DNA of 64,000 nt from contig NC_087251.1 of the NCBI RefSeq assembly GCF_037042905.1, forward strand, positions 36,334,001 through 36,398,000, in the 5' to 3' direction. This stretch comes from Lytechinus pictus (Eukaryota). Position numbers and translations under genes: made by a program. The notes beneath the pieces are model-generated. The model made no database searches. It was not told the DNA's origin and worked only from the letters and a program-made list of their open reading frames with translations. Of the stretch, positions 1 through 13,094 are shown one piece after another. Position 1 is the stretch's first letter, and every line of letters begins with the position of its first letter.

Positions 1-19
1 AAGAACTTTTTTTTTTTTT

Positions 20-253
20 ACATTCAAGTCAATTTGGTTTTAATTAAAGAAGAAATTCAGGTTAGAATTAACAGATTCACAGAGTAATCAATTTTCAAAA
101 TTTTATTTTGTGACGTCTCAAAGGGTGCCTAATTAGGTCTAATCAAATCAATCAAATTCCCCCAAATCCCACATTTTTTGCGATTTATGAGTGAGAAAAT
201 TCATCTTATTGAAGATGGCAGAGTTACCGTCCCGATCGGTTATACTTTATAGC
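20..253 (+). repeat. ~235-bp segment duplicated at 3735-3970
   Basis: Near-identical direct copy (acattcaagtc...tatactttatagc) with only a few differences. Confidence 0.9.
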
Positions 254-415
254 AAAAAAAAAAAAAAAAAAAAGGTCTTCAAGCTCGTCAGGGGGGGGCA
301 CAATAAAGGTCTTCAAGCTCGTCAGGGGGGGGGGGCAAAAAAGGGCTTTCAAGCTCGTCAGGGGGGGGCAGGGATACGTCCTTTGCATGGGTTGTGGCTC
401 GTAGGTACGCTAGTG
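254..415 (-). mobile_element. Terminal arm of a poly-G/C MITE-like repeat ending GTACGCTAGTG
   Basis: Reverse-complement similarity to 3512-3730 (CACTAGCGTAC...ccccctgacgag); three internal tcaagctcgtcaggggg repeats. Confidence 0.6.
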
Positions 416-756
416 GGCGTAATCAAGGTAAGCCAATTCTATCATATTCTAACCCTTGGTATGAAAAAATTTATTCTTATACAAAGGTTTGTCCTTTATT
501 TAACTTATTTAACAATACTTTCTTGGCATCAGGGAATTAAATCTTGAATTTTATTACTTGATATAAAAAAAACGTCCAGATGTGAAAGCTACTTTATCCC
601 TACTTCTTATCCAAATATAGAAGAAATCTCCACCCATTTTTTTTTTCAATCAACTTAGATTCAATATTTGTTTCTATGTATGGTGGGCACGGTAGTGATA
701 AAACAAGGTATACCCAGGCAGCTGAAATATATCAATTCTTACAAACACCAATTGAC

Positions 757-948
757 AAAGATTGTTTTGAAATCGATGATTCAATTAAATCTATCTGTCG
801 AAAGAATAAATGTAAATAACAAAGATTGCTTTGAAATGGATAGTGCAATTAAAATTATCCGTCGAAAAAAATATAAATTTAAATAATAAAGATTGTTCTC
901 AAATCGATAATGCAATTATGATATCTGTCGAAGGAATAAATGTAAATG
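757..948. repeat. Three ~65-bp degenerate tandem repeats
   Basis: aaagattg..aaatcgat...gtcgaa..ataaatgtaaat recurs at about 757, 821 and 888. Confidence 0.75.
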
Positions 949-1642
949 CAGTAAAGACCAATGTAATAGCCATTTAATTGTATCATTTTGGTCATTAATC
1001 AAAAACCTAGATAAGTGATACATTATACGAGTATATGACATAACATTTATGGTAGTATTTGCATGAAATTATTTCTGCGTTGGTTAGAAACAATGAGCTT
1101 TCGCTCGTCAAACCCAAAAATTATGATGAAGGTAATGCACGAGTTCTTGCGCAATAATGATATCACCCCCCCCCCGGAAAGATTGGATAGATAGATAATA
1201 GATAAAGAATAATGATAATACTAATAGTAATGCTACTATTACTATACTACCCGGGTCTGAGAATAAGTTTTAAATAGGGGTGCTGGGGATTTCGTTTAGG
1301 TGTTGTCATCAGAAAGAAGCAAAAAAAAAAAAAAAAAGCAAAAAAAAAAAATATATATATATAAAATGGAATAGCTCGACTAAACTATAACTTCATTGTT
1401 AAAAAAAATGAACCCAACTAAAATCAAATAACCCTACTAAGAATAACTGAATTAATAAAAAAATGAAATGGAATAACCCAATTAAAATGGAATTACCCAA
1501 CTAACAAAATGGAACAACCCAATTAAAATCGATATCAATAATTTCCTTTAAAATATATCGGTCATGAATATAAAACGAAAGATTTTTTTTCATTTAATCG
1601 TTTATTGTTCATGAATTTGATAAATCTTAATCCTGCCCAGTT

Positions 1643-1652
1643 AAAAAAAAAA
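1643..1652 (-). terminator. Pol III oligo-T terminator of the tRNA gene
   Basis: T10 run on the minus strand about 8 nt after the tRNA 3' end. Confidence 0.8.
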
Positions 1653-1659
1653 GAAGAGT

Positions 1660-1732
1660 AGGCATTGCCAGGATTTGAACCTGGGATCTCCTGTTTACTA
1701 GACAGGCGCTTTAACCGCTAAGCCACAACGCC
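1660..1732 (-). tRNA. trnT-AGT: tRNA-Thr (anticodon AGT)
   Basis: Reverse complement GGCGTTGTGGCTTAGCGGTTAAAGCGCCTGTCTAGTAAACAGGAGATCCCAGGTTCAAATCCTGGCAATGCCT folds as a cloverleaf: acceptor GGCGTTG/CAATGCC, anticodon stem CCTGT/ACAGG with loop CTAGTAA, A and B boxes intact. Confidence 0.95.
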
Positions 1733-3511
1733 GCTTACACTTCCAGTATAGTAAAATGGCAATATTCTACTCACATCCAGAAATCTAGTAATCTCTTGGA
1801 GAACGATTCTATAGACTCCTATACATGCATGGGTGGATCCAAGATTGATAGGAGGGTGCACAAAATGAATTAACTCTTTTACTTAAACAGGGTAAGAATA
1901 AAGAAAGAAAAGAGATATATAGGGGAGGGTCTCAACAGCCCCACAAAGGACATATTACAAAATAGGGGCACATTTCATAAGAGGTTTCAAAATATACTTT
2001 ACATTTACCAGCGGAAGGGGCAGCAAGTGCCCCATATGCCGCATAATTATGTTCATGTGACTATTTGTAAGTTTCCTTATATGCCAACTTAATTGTTGTG
2101 GTTGTTACTTAAAAATGCAATGTTGATCTCAGGAGGAGAGATAAAATATCATCAAACATTATCCCTATCTGCCAAACAAAACTATGAAAAGTCGGGTGTT
2201 AAAAAACGAAATGGTATGAATAGCAAATAACTTGTAAGATATATACCGAAGGGGTCATGGGGATCACTTCGAAATAATATTTTTCGGGGGTGGTGGTACC
2301 TTATTTTCTCATTCTATTTATTAAAACATTGAAATGAAACAAATTGTGTAACAATCAATAATAAGATTTTTTTTAATTCATTTGGAAATATATTAGAATA
2401 GGAATAGAATTATATTCTAATTCAAATTCGTATTTATTCATTTCCACCACCCCCTCAACTCCCCCCCCCCCCCCCCCCCAATGCGATGGATTCAAGATTG
2501 GTCATTGGGGATGATAATAGGCTCCACTTTTTCCCAAAAAATATCTGACAAGCAACGGTGGAGCAGGAAGGGATCACCCTCTGGATTTTAAGTAGTGTGG
2601 AGGGGAGGGGGGGGGGGGGGGGAGGAAAAACAGAGAAGGGAGAAAAAGGAGGAAGAAAAGGAAAAGCTGACTCTTTTGGCCATTTACAAATCGCTTTAGG
2701 CGCATTTGGGATTTAGGACTTCATCAACATTTTCGTCTAACAAATTGTCAGATCTGACAACTTTCCTTGATCCTCATTTGCTGAGAAGAACAGTTCCTTA
2801 ATTGGTAATTCTCTTTACACGAAAGACTCACCTAGTAACAGGTGGTTTGGTACATTAGGAACAGGAAGGAAATAGTGTATCCTATTGTAGGCCTTCTTTG
2901 GTTCACTTCTGTCATAGGCTAATCCATATTGGCTAGACCCATTTGGTCTACGATCACTTTGGTCTACACTGCATGTTGGCCTATGTATGCCAATACCACT
3001 GGGTCTAATTCTTGTTTAGTCTTATGTCCAGTTGGTTCAATTTCCACTAATTTCATCCACTTATTATTGTTCACATTGCCAAATGAAAGTTTTGCTCATG
3101 TCTAACAATATCAAAGTTGTGTTAAACCAAGTGGATATTAGACGAAATAGTATAGCCTAAATGGAATCTCGGTCTGGACCGTGTGATGAATTGGTACGGT
3201 GTAGACCAGTCGGCAAATAGGGCCTACTTCATCCTTCTTTATCCTATTTTAGAAGAGCGCCACCTCACTGCTTCTATTTAACCAACTCTTTCCCTCAGGG
3301 CTCTAGTGTTACCATAGAGATATATTACTAGTTTATTATTAGTATATATCTCTATGAGTGTTACACACCATCATCATGAAATATTGTTTAAAGTTTGCAA
3401 GGCACCACTGAGGTGGCACTCGGGTGTTTTGATGAAGGTGGTTGGGGGGGGGGGGGTGACATTGGCGGACGTTAAAGTGTGTTTCTTCTCAATTTAATGA
3501 TAGGTGCTACA

Positions 3512-3970
3512 CACTAGCGTACATAAGGGGGGGGGGGCAAGGGGGGCAGACTGCCCCCCCCCCCTGACGAGTCACAACTCATGCAGGGGACGTACCCCTG
3601 CCCCCTGACGAGTAATGTAAATGTAATGTAAATCTGCAAAGAAAACCGACCTTTTTTTTTTTTTTTTTTTGCCTGTCAATTTTTTTTTCTGGTACAAAAT
3701 GTCCTTTATTTGTGGTTGAAGACCTCTTTTTTTTAACATTCAAGTCAATTTGGTTTTAATTAAAGAAGAAATTCAGGTTAGAATTAACAGATTCACAGAG
3801 TAATCAATTTTCAAAATTTTATTTTGTGACGTCTCAAAGGGTGCCTAATTAGGCCTAATCAAATCAATCAAATTGCCCCAAATCCCACATTTTTTTGCGA
3901 TTTATGAGTGAGAAAATTCATCTTATTGAAGATGGCAGAGTTACCGTCCCGATCGGTTATACTTTATAGC
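3512..3970 (+). mobile_element. MITE-like left arm (3512-3734) followed by the duplicated 235-bp segment
   Basis: Starts CACTAGCGTAC, inverse of 405-415; segment 3735-3970 matches 20-253; no right arm seen. Confidence 0.55.
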
Positions 3971-3974
3971 GATT

Positions 3975-4330
3975 CTAACCAATACCCATTGGCTTCTCTC
4001 TCGGGGAGCACATAAAATTTTATCCTTTTTTTTTATACTTTGTATTCCTAAGTAATATAACACAAAAAATGTCACAATTTTAATAGAAGATATACTAGTA
4101 TCCGACACGACGCCGTGCGCCCCTCCATCGTGCACCAGTTCCTCTTCCGAGCTGTGATCACGTTTGGTCCCTCAGATGTAACGTTTCCACCACGATGTAA
4201 CAGAAACTTTCTCTCATTGGCTAAGAAGTTTCAAATGGGGCGTGGTTTTAAAGAAGCTCCTCCTATTCAAGCACAGCTGATGCATGCCGCAATCGATCGC
4301 GATCGCAAGCCGAAACGCACGTTGTGTGAT
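3975..4330 (+). promoter_or_regulatory. Putative papilin promoter (CpG-enriched)
   Basis: Local CpG enrichment in AT-rich DNA, CCAAT/ATTGG boxes near 3979, 3988 and 4216, GC box GGGGCGTGG near 4237; TSS not determinable from sequence. Confidence 0.5.
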
Positions 4331-4520
4331 TACCTGTACTGTCGGATCTCGCATGCGGACGATTAGCTGGTGATTCGGAGATCAGGCGGACCCAAGAAGT
4401 GCAGGTACGGGACAACTGGAGGAACAAGGACGTGTATGATTCGGATTTTGATTTTACTGGACCAACTTTACATTACAAACAATAATTGCAGAGATTTACC
4501 TGAAGAGCTATTTCCACTCG
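4300..4520 (+). other. PAPLN: Putative non-coding first exon of papilin (start approximate)
   Basis: CpG-rich segment ends at donor TCG|GTAAAT (4520/4521); alternative donor CAG|GTACGG at 4404/4405; the next exon has an acceptor upstream of its ATG, so a 5' UTR exon is needed. Confidence 0.45.
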
Positions 4521-5419
4521 GTAAATATTAATTTTATTTGTTTTTAAGAGAACTGAATAATGTTGTGTGATAGTGATGTTCGCCAGTGAGGATAACTGGA
4601 GTCGTCCTGTCGGAGTCAGAGGATCGCATCGCTAGGCCAAGTCCCATAAATTTGTTATCTACCGTACCCGTACTGTTATAAAACAAGTTACGCGTGTAGA
4701 TCCTACTAGATTATTTACCGTTACTCAGGCTACACTTGCATCCCAACCTTAAATCCTAAACCCTATTCTTTATTCTGATTCTTATTCTAATCCCGACCCT
4801 AATCCTTATTCTTAAACTCCCATCTCCAAACCCAACTTCCATCTTTCATGATCTGTATTGTATTGGTCCCCATCATATTTCAATTTCTGGAATTTCTTTC
4901 CTTAGAAATCATCTTATCTTTCAAGCATGGGGAATGAATGCATAATAATGTTACTGGCAGTGTCAGTTAACCACGTTTAGTTATCTTAAATTTATGAAGA
5001 TGTGATGGCGGGGGGGGGGGCAGTCAAATGTATTGCTGTACACATTGCATGACCAAATCATTTCCAAACACCGCGTAAACAGGGTTTTTTTTTCTTTTTT
5101 TTTTCTTGAACATCAGTGTTTTTGATACCCTTACCGAGTGCATGCGTGGCTCGCGTCCAAAACTGAAAAACACCCCTTTAAACATGTTTTTTGGGTCATG
5201 CATGTGTACAGCAATATATTTGACTGCCCCCCCCCCCATCCCCTTCTGCGATGGGTTGGTCAGAATTATGTGTCACGTTTAACAATTGCAATATCTCTGA
5301 ATTTGCATTTAAAACTACCTGTACTGTGAATGGGGGTTATTCTCTCTCCCTTTCTCACCCCCACCCCGGCTTGGTCTTTATTTTTTAACCTTTTCTCAAT
5401 CTCTTCTATTCACTCTATA

Positions 5420-6010
5420 GTTTAGTTTATTATTCTTTATTAAAAAATCACACCCGTCAAAACCAACGGCCGGCCTAAGAAGGCCTATGAGTGATGACAT
5501 CAAAATGTATAAAAGTCACATACAATTACATGAAAAAGGAAATCATAATGTATTCACAAAGTAAACTTAACATTTCAGGAATAAATAGCACAAAAAAAAA
5601 AACCAAAAAATGGTGGAAGTCAAATATTATTTCTTTATGAACAGTGAGAATTTCATTTGCATATCTGGCTATTGAGCAGCAGAGTGTATCAGAAGACATA
5701 ATAAAAATGAATTGTTGGTAAGTGGTTAAATCATTGAACTCAGGGTAAATGTGTGAAATAGTATTGAGTAGTGGCAATCTGTAAATCTGTAAACAATGGA
5801 ACTCATCTTCAATATTATCCGAATTACAAATGATACAGAAACGTTCTTCATATTAAAGGTATATTTTGATAACGACCAGTTTCAATTGCAATAGGAGCAC
5901 AACCACATCTAAACAATGGAAGTGCACGTCTATTTGATCTATTTTGGCACTGAATAGTATAGCTTGAAGTGGATAATGATTTTTTTAAAGTTACGATATG
6001 TATATATGTC
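5420..6010 (-). mobile_element. Degenerate 3' end of a CR1/L2-type LINE
   Basis: Minus-strand translation with a frameshift RRALPLFRCGCAPIAIETGRY...EERFCIICNSDNIEDEFHC matches the C-terminal Cys/His motif of LINE ORF2; followed by a stem-loop and AATAAA tail. Confidence 0.75.
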
Positions 6011-8496
6011 TATATTTAGGTTTTACTCTCTTACTTTGTTATGGAATGCACAAGGGGGGGGGGGTAGGATACCTTTTGCTCTTGTAATGTTTCAGATTTA
6101 TGTTCTAAAAAATACATTTTTTCTCTGGGGTATTGCTTGATATCATATTGTTATTAAGTGACTTAGCTATCATATAACATTGAATAACACACCACAGTAC
6201 TTACCAGAATTTGGTACTGCATTACTCTCTATTCAATCTATGAAATATTGTTATTAATGTTGATTTTAATCAATACAAAGAGGAGAAAAGCGGCATTCTT
6301 TAAGAAAATTGGTTATATCCGAAAATTTTGCATTTGTTCATTGATCTGATCTTTCCTTCAGGCAGTGCGTAACAGAAGAAATTTTGAACTCCCAAAGTCC
6401 ATTGTTATAGCTAAATGCATGTAGAGGATCTTTTGAAAATCTCTAAATGCTGAATTATTATTATTGTTGTGTATTACATTCAAAGTAGATTGTGGTAAGT
6501 TTTGCTTTTGTTGGGGTCATCAAACCCCATAATTTGCTACATATTAACAAGAGGTTTTTATACAATCTATGAAATGAAAACCTTCATTTAGATGACTTAT
6601 TGATAGTGGTTTTTCATTTAACTTTGTAATTTCAAACATTCAATACTCCCATATTAAGAATAAATCATTTTTAGACTTGCACCTTAAGGCTCGTACCATT
6701 GTAAATGAAATTGGAAAATGTACTGTAGACAGTTTTATACTTCCGACACAACTGCATGGCCAACAATGGAAAACAATTTTTGTCTTCTGTTCAAATTGTT
6801 TTGCATTGAAATGAAGCTTTAAGCTTGAAATAGTTTGGTTTTATTTTCAGGTTCAAAATGCTATAGGGCAGTCTTGACCAAAATTTGACCTTTTGCAAAA
6901 AAATCTTATACTCTTGAAGTTTTGATTTTATCAGAAAGAAGTGGTTTCATCTCAAAATCATAATGCTCCAAAGTCCTTTCTTGCCCATTAGGGTGTGATT
7001 CCCCTATGTCACACTTAGACCCTATTCTTTACAATTTATTGATAACATTCAATATTATAACTTCATATCAATTCAATTCAGTTCAATTCGGTCCAGCTCA
7101 ATTCAATTCAATTTATTTTACTTCAATTCTCATGATACCGAATTCTTCAAATACCATCATGTACATCATCATATTGAGCATTATTTGGGATGACTTTTGC
7201 CCATTTCCTTGTGATAAGTAAACAGAAAATGAAGAAGAAAAATTCTTTGTAATAATGATTACAAGTAAATAGCACTCGCATTGAATTCTGGTAAAAGCAG
7301 ACATAGGGGGCTTTCCATCAACATAACATCATGTAATTTGATTTGTAGGGTGGGTAATGTGTGAAGTTTATGGGAAAGATTACAGTTTAATCTATTGGAC
7401 ATTGATTGATTTACAATCCATTCCAAATGGACACAACATTGATTTCACCCTGACTGGTTGCTTCTGTGGATTCATAAGAGTCAACCAATCAGGTGTGAAA
7501 TTTAGAAGCGAACCACGTAAATATTTGCTCAGAAACACCATAATTCTGACAACTTTGTATATATGTCTCACAGCTCGGTGGGTACGGCTTCATTGTGGTA
7601 ATTCATATCTTGCATTGCTGTAAGTGCTTTACAATGAAGCATCAAAGCGGGTAAAATATTGTTGCAGGTGTTTTAAAAAATGTGAATAGTAACTTGTGGG
7701 AGAACGGTTCTACTCCTAAAATATTTTTGTCATCAATCGTAGAGGTGATATTTATGATCAGGTATCAAGCCCTTGAAATTCTCAAATTCCTTTTGGTATA
7801 TCTGAGAGATATATCATTTTATGTCTATAATTCATGATGTAAATGCATTCATTGTATATCTTTCTGACAGCATCGCGTAAGCTGTGAATTACAAATTGTT
7901 ATCTCGCCCTACCCAACCTTCCACCTTCCCTCAATATTAATATCTGGGTAACATCTCGTGAAACAATATATAATCGGTGATTTTCACTGAATTTGTTATA
8001 AGCTACTAGAAATCCTTGCATCTGATTGGCTCAGAGAAAATCACTGACTGAACTCTTTATGAAATGCCTCATTCCCATGACACACATATTTTGTAATGTT
8101 TGTTTCTGAAATATTTCCATTACCTGCTACACAACCTGAAGAGTCGGTATCAAGATTCTGTTTTGCTATCCTTCATAAATTTTCCTTTCAACACAGATCC
8201 ATACTTTTCACCACAAAGTTGGATTAATTTAAAGTTCTTGTATATTGTGATATTTATTTGCAATTATTGCTACCAAAGTTTTTATCTTCTTTATATTGAT
8301 GATTACTCGTAAGGAAAAAGGTGAAAACCACCCCTCATAATGCTCAATATACCTAGATGTGTATAAAGACCAGGGGCTTAAATAAATCTAAGCCATAGCC
8401 TTGGATGGCTAATCAATTTAACCCAATATTCCTCTCAATGGTCATGTATATTTTTGTGCCCTTTTTTAATTTTCCTGTTTGTGCTGTATGGCAAGC

Positions 8497-8941
8497 GCAG
8501 TCCCCCTTGTCTGCGCATATGCGTATCTGCACTATTCTAGTGAAAGAAGATATGCAACGAACACAAACCTTACACATCTAATTGCATAGACAGATATTAA
8601 TCACAAATTCCGACTCACAATGGTGGAAAAATGAAATTTGGGCATTACTTCTTGTGGCGGCCTCAAAATGCAGCCTTTTTCATCAAGATCCCCGAATCGC
8701 GTGCAAAGTGAATGGGTGCGCAGACATGGGGCACCATTTTTTTTGTTCAATCTGAAAATGACTGCCCGAGGTTTTTTCCAAGAAAATCATATATTTCTTT
8801 CAAATTTTAATGAGATATTTGGCACATTAACTCATAATGATGAAAGGAACATTATCAACTGAAAGATTTTGTGAAATAAAAAGAAATTCATGTTAAATCT
8901 TAACTCAAATCGTTAGGTGCGCAGACTTGGGGACCACCATC
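8497..8941. mobile_element. Degenerate non-autonomous DNA transposon
   Basis: Inverted ends gtcccccttgtctgcgca / tgcgcagacttggggac, with an internal copy of the motif. Confidence 0.45.
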
Positions 8942-10208
8942 ATAATTTAGAATGTGCCCTATATGATTATTTCATTATTTAATTTGTCAATATTAGTATT
9001 CATGCTCTATTCTTTGTTTATATCCCAATGTGTCACCATGTTTTATATTTGTGTTTGTTTACGAAGGGCCCCAACGAAAACCAGCTTGTTGCCGATTGGG
9101 ATACCCTTCTTTTAAATATTTGAAATAAATAAATAAATAGAAAAGCGGCCTTTGTCGTCACAATAATCGAATTGAAGGCCTGCATGAATATACAAATTAC
9201 AAGATGATGCAACAATATTTTCAGCATTCAGTAGTGTATAAATGGGATTTAATTGATTTTATCATTATTGTGTTCTGGGGAATTTTTTCTATTCACAAGT
9301 GCATTAGACAGTTTCAAGCACATGGAAATCACTTTATACAAGTGACTGAAACTTTCAATGGATCATTCTTTGAATTTTTTTATCTGTTTTGAAGCGTTTT
9401 TCAAGTGATAATTTTTTTTCCTTTATAAAGTGAGGATTTTTTTTGGTTTTCTTTGAAGTTAGGATTATTTTGGCCTCTAAAGATCAGACATCCAACATGA
9501 CAGTTTTTATAAACTGTTACAAACTTAATTAAGATGCTTTATTTTTTATGTTGTTACATTCGCATACATGCATACTCTAACATGATTCTTGAAATGATTT
9601 ATCCATCAAGAAGGATTTAATTCCTATCAGGGTAATCATTATTTTCATGTCGTGTTTGTCAGAGCTCATTAGTCTTTGAATTGGATATTGTAAAAGGAAA
9701 TATGCAATGCTTTTGGCTGCATTCTGCCTCATAATAGGCATGGGATTATTTTAAGCTGTGCTTTCACATGTACTTTAACACCCTGAAAGAAATATATCTT
9801 TAGAAGAATATTGATATGATCCAAGGTCACAAACTTAACACTCTAACCCTGATAAGAGTTTTTAATGTAATTTTGTTATTTTTTCATTTCTTTGTGTTTT
9901 TCATTTAATTGTAAATATTTTATTTATCATACTTCTTTGACAATTTTACATCCTTTGCCTCATTTTTGTGTTATTCATATTCTTATCACTTCTTTGTTAT
10001 TGCTTTTTGTTCTTGATGTTATCTTTCATTGTTGTTAATCATGAAATTGTTTTTGTTAGTATACATTGTTTCTTCTGATTTTTAATTTTTACATGGAGTG
10101 GCTGAAGAACAGCCAGTAGGCTGAAACACATATGCTGTGATTAAAGAAATATAAATAAATATGCCATTGCTACACCAACAAATCCGACTCCAGACTGATC
10201 AAAGCTAA

Positions 10209-10425
10209 GACACCGTTCTCATTACGCTTTCTAAAACTAGTTTACTGGAAACCGATTCAGGAAACCAGATTTGAAGATCGCATTGCTAGCGTTCCCACTT
10301 GATGACACGAAAGTGGTTTTCAAAATCACTTCACGTAAAGCGATCTTGTTGCTATGGAAGTGCTCTCAGTGGGGTGACACGTTTCGCGAAAAATTAGAAA
10401 CCGCAGCATAGACATTCTACACCTG
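10209..10425 (-). mobile_element. Partial copy of the MITE at 24747-25164
   Basis: ccgttctcattacgctttctaaaactagtttactggaaacc is the inverse of the right end of that element. Confidence 0.65.
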
Positions 10426-11165
10426 TTGAGTGGAGTAGCGGGCATTGTTTTAAATGGCATACTGTTGTCAGTTTGGCGCATGGCCACATGCCGAATTTTT
10501 CTGCGGGGGGGGGGGGGTGGAGCATGCATAAACTTACAACAACAAAAAACGAAAACGAGGGAGCGAAGTGACCAAGCTTATCATTTGGGCTCTTTTGTAT
10601 TTTGTAAAGTGAAATTGAAGGATTTCTTGTTTACTTTTGGTGAATTTTGTGAAAAATTTCAGTAAGAATATGTAAGTTTTCGAAATTTCAGGGGGGGATG
10701 CCCCGTTGCCCCCTCCCCTGCGTGCGGCCGTGGTTTGGAGTTGATTTCATTGGTGTGACTGTTTGTTGATATAAAATAAATCTTTCCTTTGCTGAATTGA
10801 GTTATATGAAAATTATTCTTTTGATAAGTTTATTATGTCAAGAAGGATGTGCTGTGGTGACACTTGTACTAGGGTACTAAGTTTAACATTACTAAAATAG
10901 TTTCTTGGATGTAAAATAAAACATAAAACTAATTATGATTATATTTAATTATGCACTGATGCAAAGTCTTTTAATTGTGTACTGATTTGGAAAGAATACA
11001 TTTCTTTATTTCCATTTATTTTTCAGTCAGACCTGTAATGTTTTGATATCAAAGAAAATTTAGTGAGGTGATTATAATAAAAACATACTTTAGAAGTGAA
11101 TATTGAATAAAAGTATTTAATTGTAATGAATTTTTATTTCTTAACCTTTCATCCATAGGCATACA

Positions 11166-11240
11166 ATGGCCTTTATAGAGGTGCAATGGCTTTCTTTGAT
11201 CTGCATCGTTGTCATCTTTAGATCCAGTCAGGCTTCACAG
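11166..11240 (+). CDS. PAPLN: Papilin signal-peptide exon (exon 11159-11240): MAFIEVQWLSLICIVVIFRSSQASQ
   Basis: Acceptor ttaacctttcatccatAG at 11158, ATG in acaATGG context, hydrophobic core with S-Q-A cleavage motif, donor CAG|GTATGT in phase 0 matching the next exon. Confidence 0.8.
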
Positions 11241-11344
11241 GTATGTTTATCTCTTTCATTTAAAGATGCTCCTAGAATAAACAAAAAAAAAATATGATAG
11301 CATAACACTGACCACAATAGTTGGGAATAGTAAAGATGAAACTA

Positions 11345-11529
11345 CACTGTAAAAAATGAAGTGCTAATTAAGCACTTACAGTGCTTGTATGGTGACTGCA
11401 CTACAAGTGCTGATTTTGTAGTTTAAAGCTGATTTTCTAGTTCAAATTTAAACTAGAAAATCAGCACTCATAGTGCAGTCACTATACAAGCACTGTAAGT
11501 GCTAAATGAGCACTTCCTTTTTTACAGTG
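11345..11529. mobile_element. Palindromic MITE with CACTG termini (EnSpm/CMC-like)
   Basis: CACTGTAAAAAA...TTTTTACAGTG flanked by TA on both sides; long internal inverted repeat. Confidence 0.8.
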
Positions 11530-13094
11530 TAAAGCAGTGAAATATAACGTCAAAAATGATGCATTTGAAACGTGATCACCTCAGATTTTACGATCTTCAG
11601 CATCTCAAATTTATGCGATATTGAACACGATTGAGTATTGAAACGTCTTTAAATTTGCTCTCAAAGTGGAAGCCTACACAAGCATGTGCCAGAATTGACC
11701 TTTCTTTCTTGTGATGGGTCAAACTGTGTGATGAAGCTGCGCTGAAGAAAGCGGGAAATTTAAAGACGATCGACGAATAATCAGCTTTATATTTTCGACA
11801 CTGAACAGTGCACCGCTGATCGTGTTTGTGTTCTGTGTTTTGTAATAGAGTTTTTAATCATGATTCATGCTGCTCTTTAAATTAAAAAATCTACATTGAT
11901 TACACAGTTAACTCTGGCCGTTTCAGGTATTAGTATCTTTGGAATCTAACCTGGCCCTTGTAGGAAAAGTTTGAGAACCCCTAATATACAGATTTGACAT
12001 TCCTGATTTCATTATCATTCCAATACCTGTAATTACAGCATGAACCTTGAATATTGTGATATGAACTAGCAAATATTACAGCACACAAAAGTTGTTTGAA
12101 GATTACATTCCATCATAAATTCATAAAAGCTACTCTAAAAACAGACACACCAACATGTATTAAAATAATTTTATTTTCATCTGTCATATTTCACAAACGA
12201 ATCTGAGAGAACTTAACTTTTTGTGTTCTTGTTTTGCTACCAATTTTGTTGGAATGCAAATATATATAGCCATTCAATCCCCTAAAGAGTAAATATTGTA
12301 AAGAGTAAAAAGAAGAATGAAAGGTATATATGTCCAATAGAGTGTTAAAAAAATAACTGTATGGTATGGTCTGAATAGTCTTCATGCATAGACCCTGATT
12401 GAAACTTTGATCAACAAGTGGGTCTACACACAAGACTAGCACAAATACATCCTGCTGTTTCAAATTCAAATGAGAGAGACCTTCTGTGCACAAGCTAGGC
12501 AGGGACCCTAGGCTGAATATTCAGACCACTTTCCTTGAGTGAAGGGTTTGCACTGCACACCAAGGTCTGGATGTAAATAGATTTAGCATTTTACAGTTAT
12601 TTGGCTCTTTTAAATTGGGTTTGTCCAGTCATCTATTTGCTAGCCACTTACAGTAAGTGCCCATCTGAAGATAAGAAAAGACATGACAGTTTGACTTCAC
12701 ACATATTTGATAGACAGTGTCCAAATACTTCCTCGAGCTTGAATTAACATAGTCCCTAGTCAAGATGAGCTGTGTTACTCCGTTCCTTTCGACTGTTGTG
12801 AAAAAAAAATATTATAAAGTATAATTTTTATGAATTTTTTTATGAAATCACAAATTTTACAGTCTATTGTTATGAATTTGAGAATAATTACAATAGTAAT
12901 ATTGTCATTTATTAAGCATCAAATCCACTCTGTAGAGAGCTGAAGACAAACTTGAATAGTGAGTTGTGAAGTAAATATATATTTTCTAAAAGGACTCTAG
13001 TGAGATATAAGTTTTGATGTATCATCCTTCCAAGACCAATATCAAATTATATCAGTACTGATCTAAGGCAAAGAAATTGTGTAGAAATATTCAG

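Noticed and set aside
191..547. 118-aa ORF with Lys and Gly repeats
   Set aside because: It translates poly-A and poly-G tracts of a repeat arm and starts at GTG.
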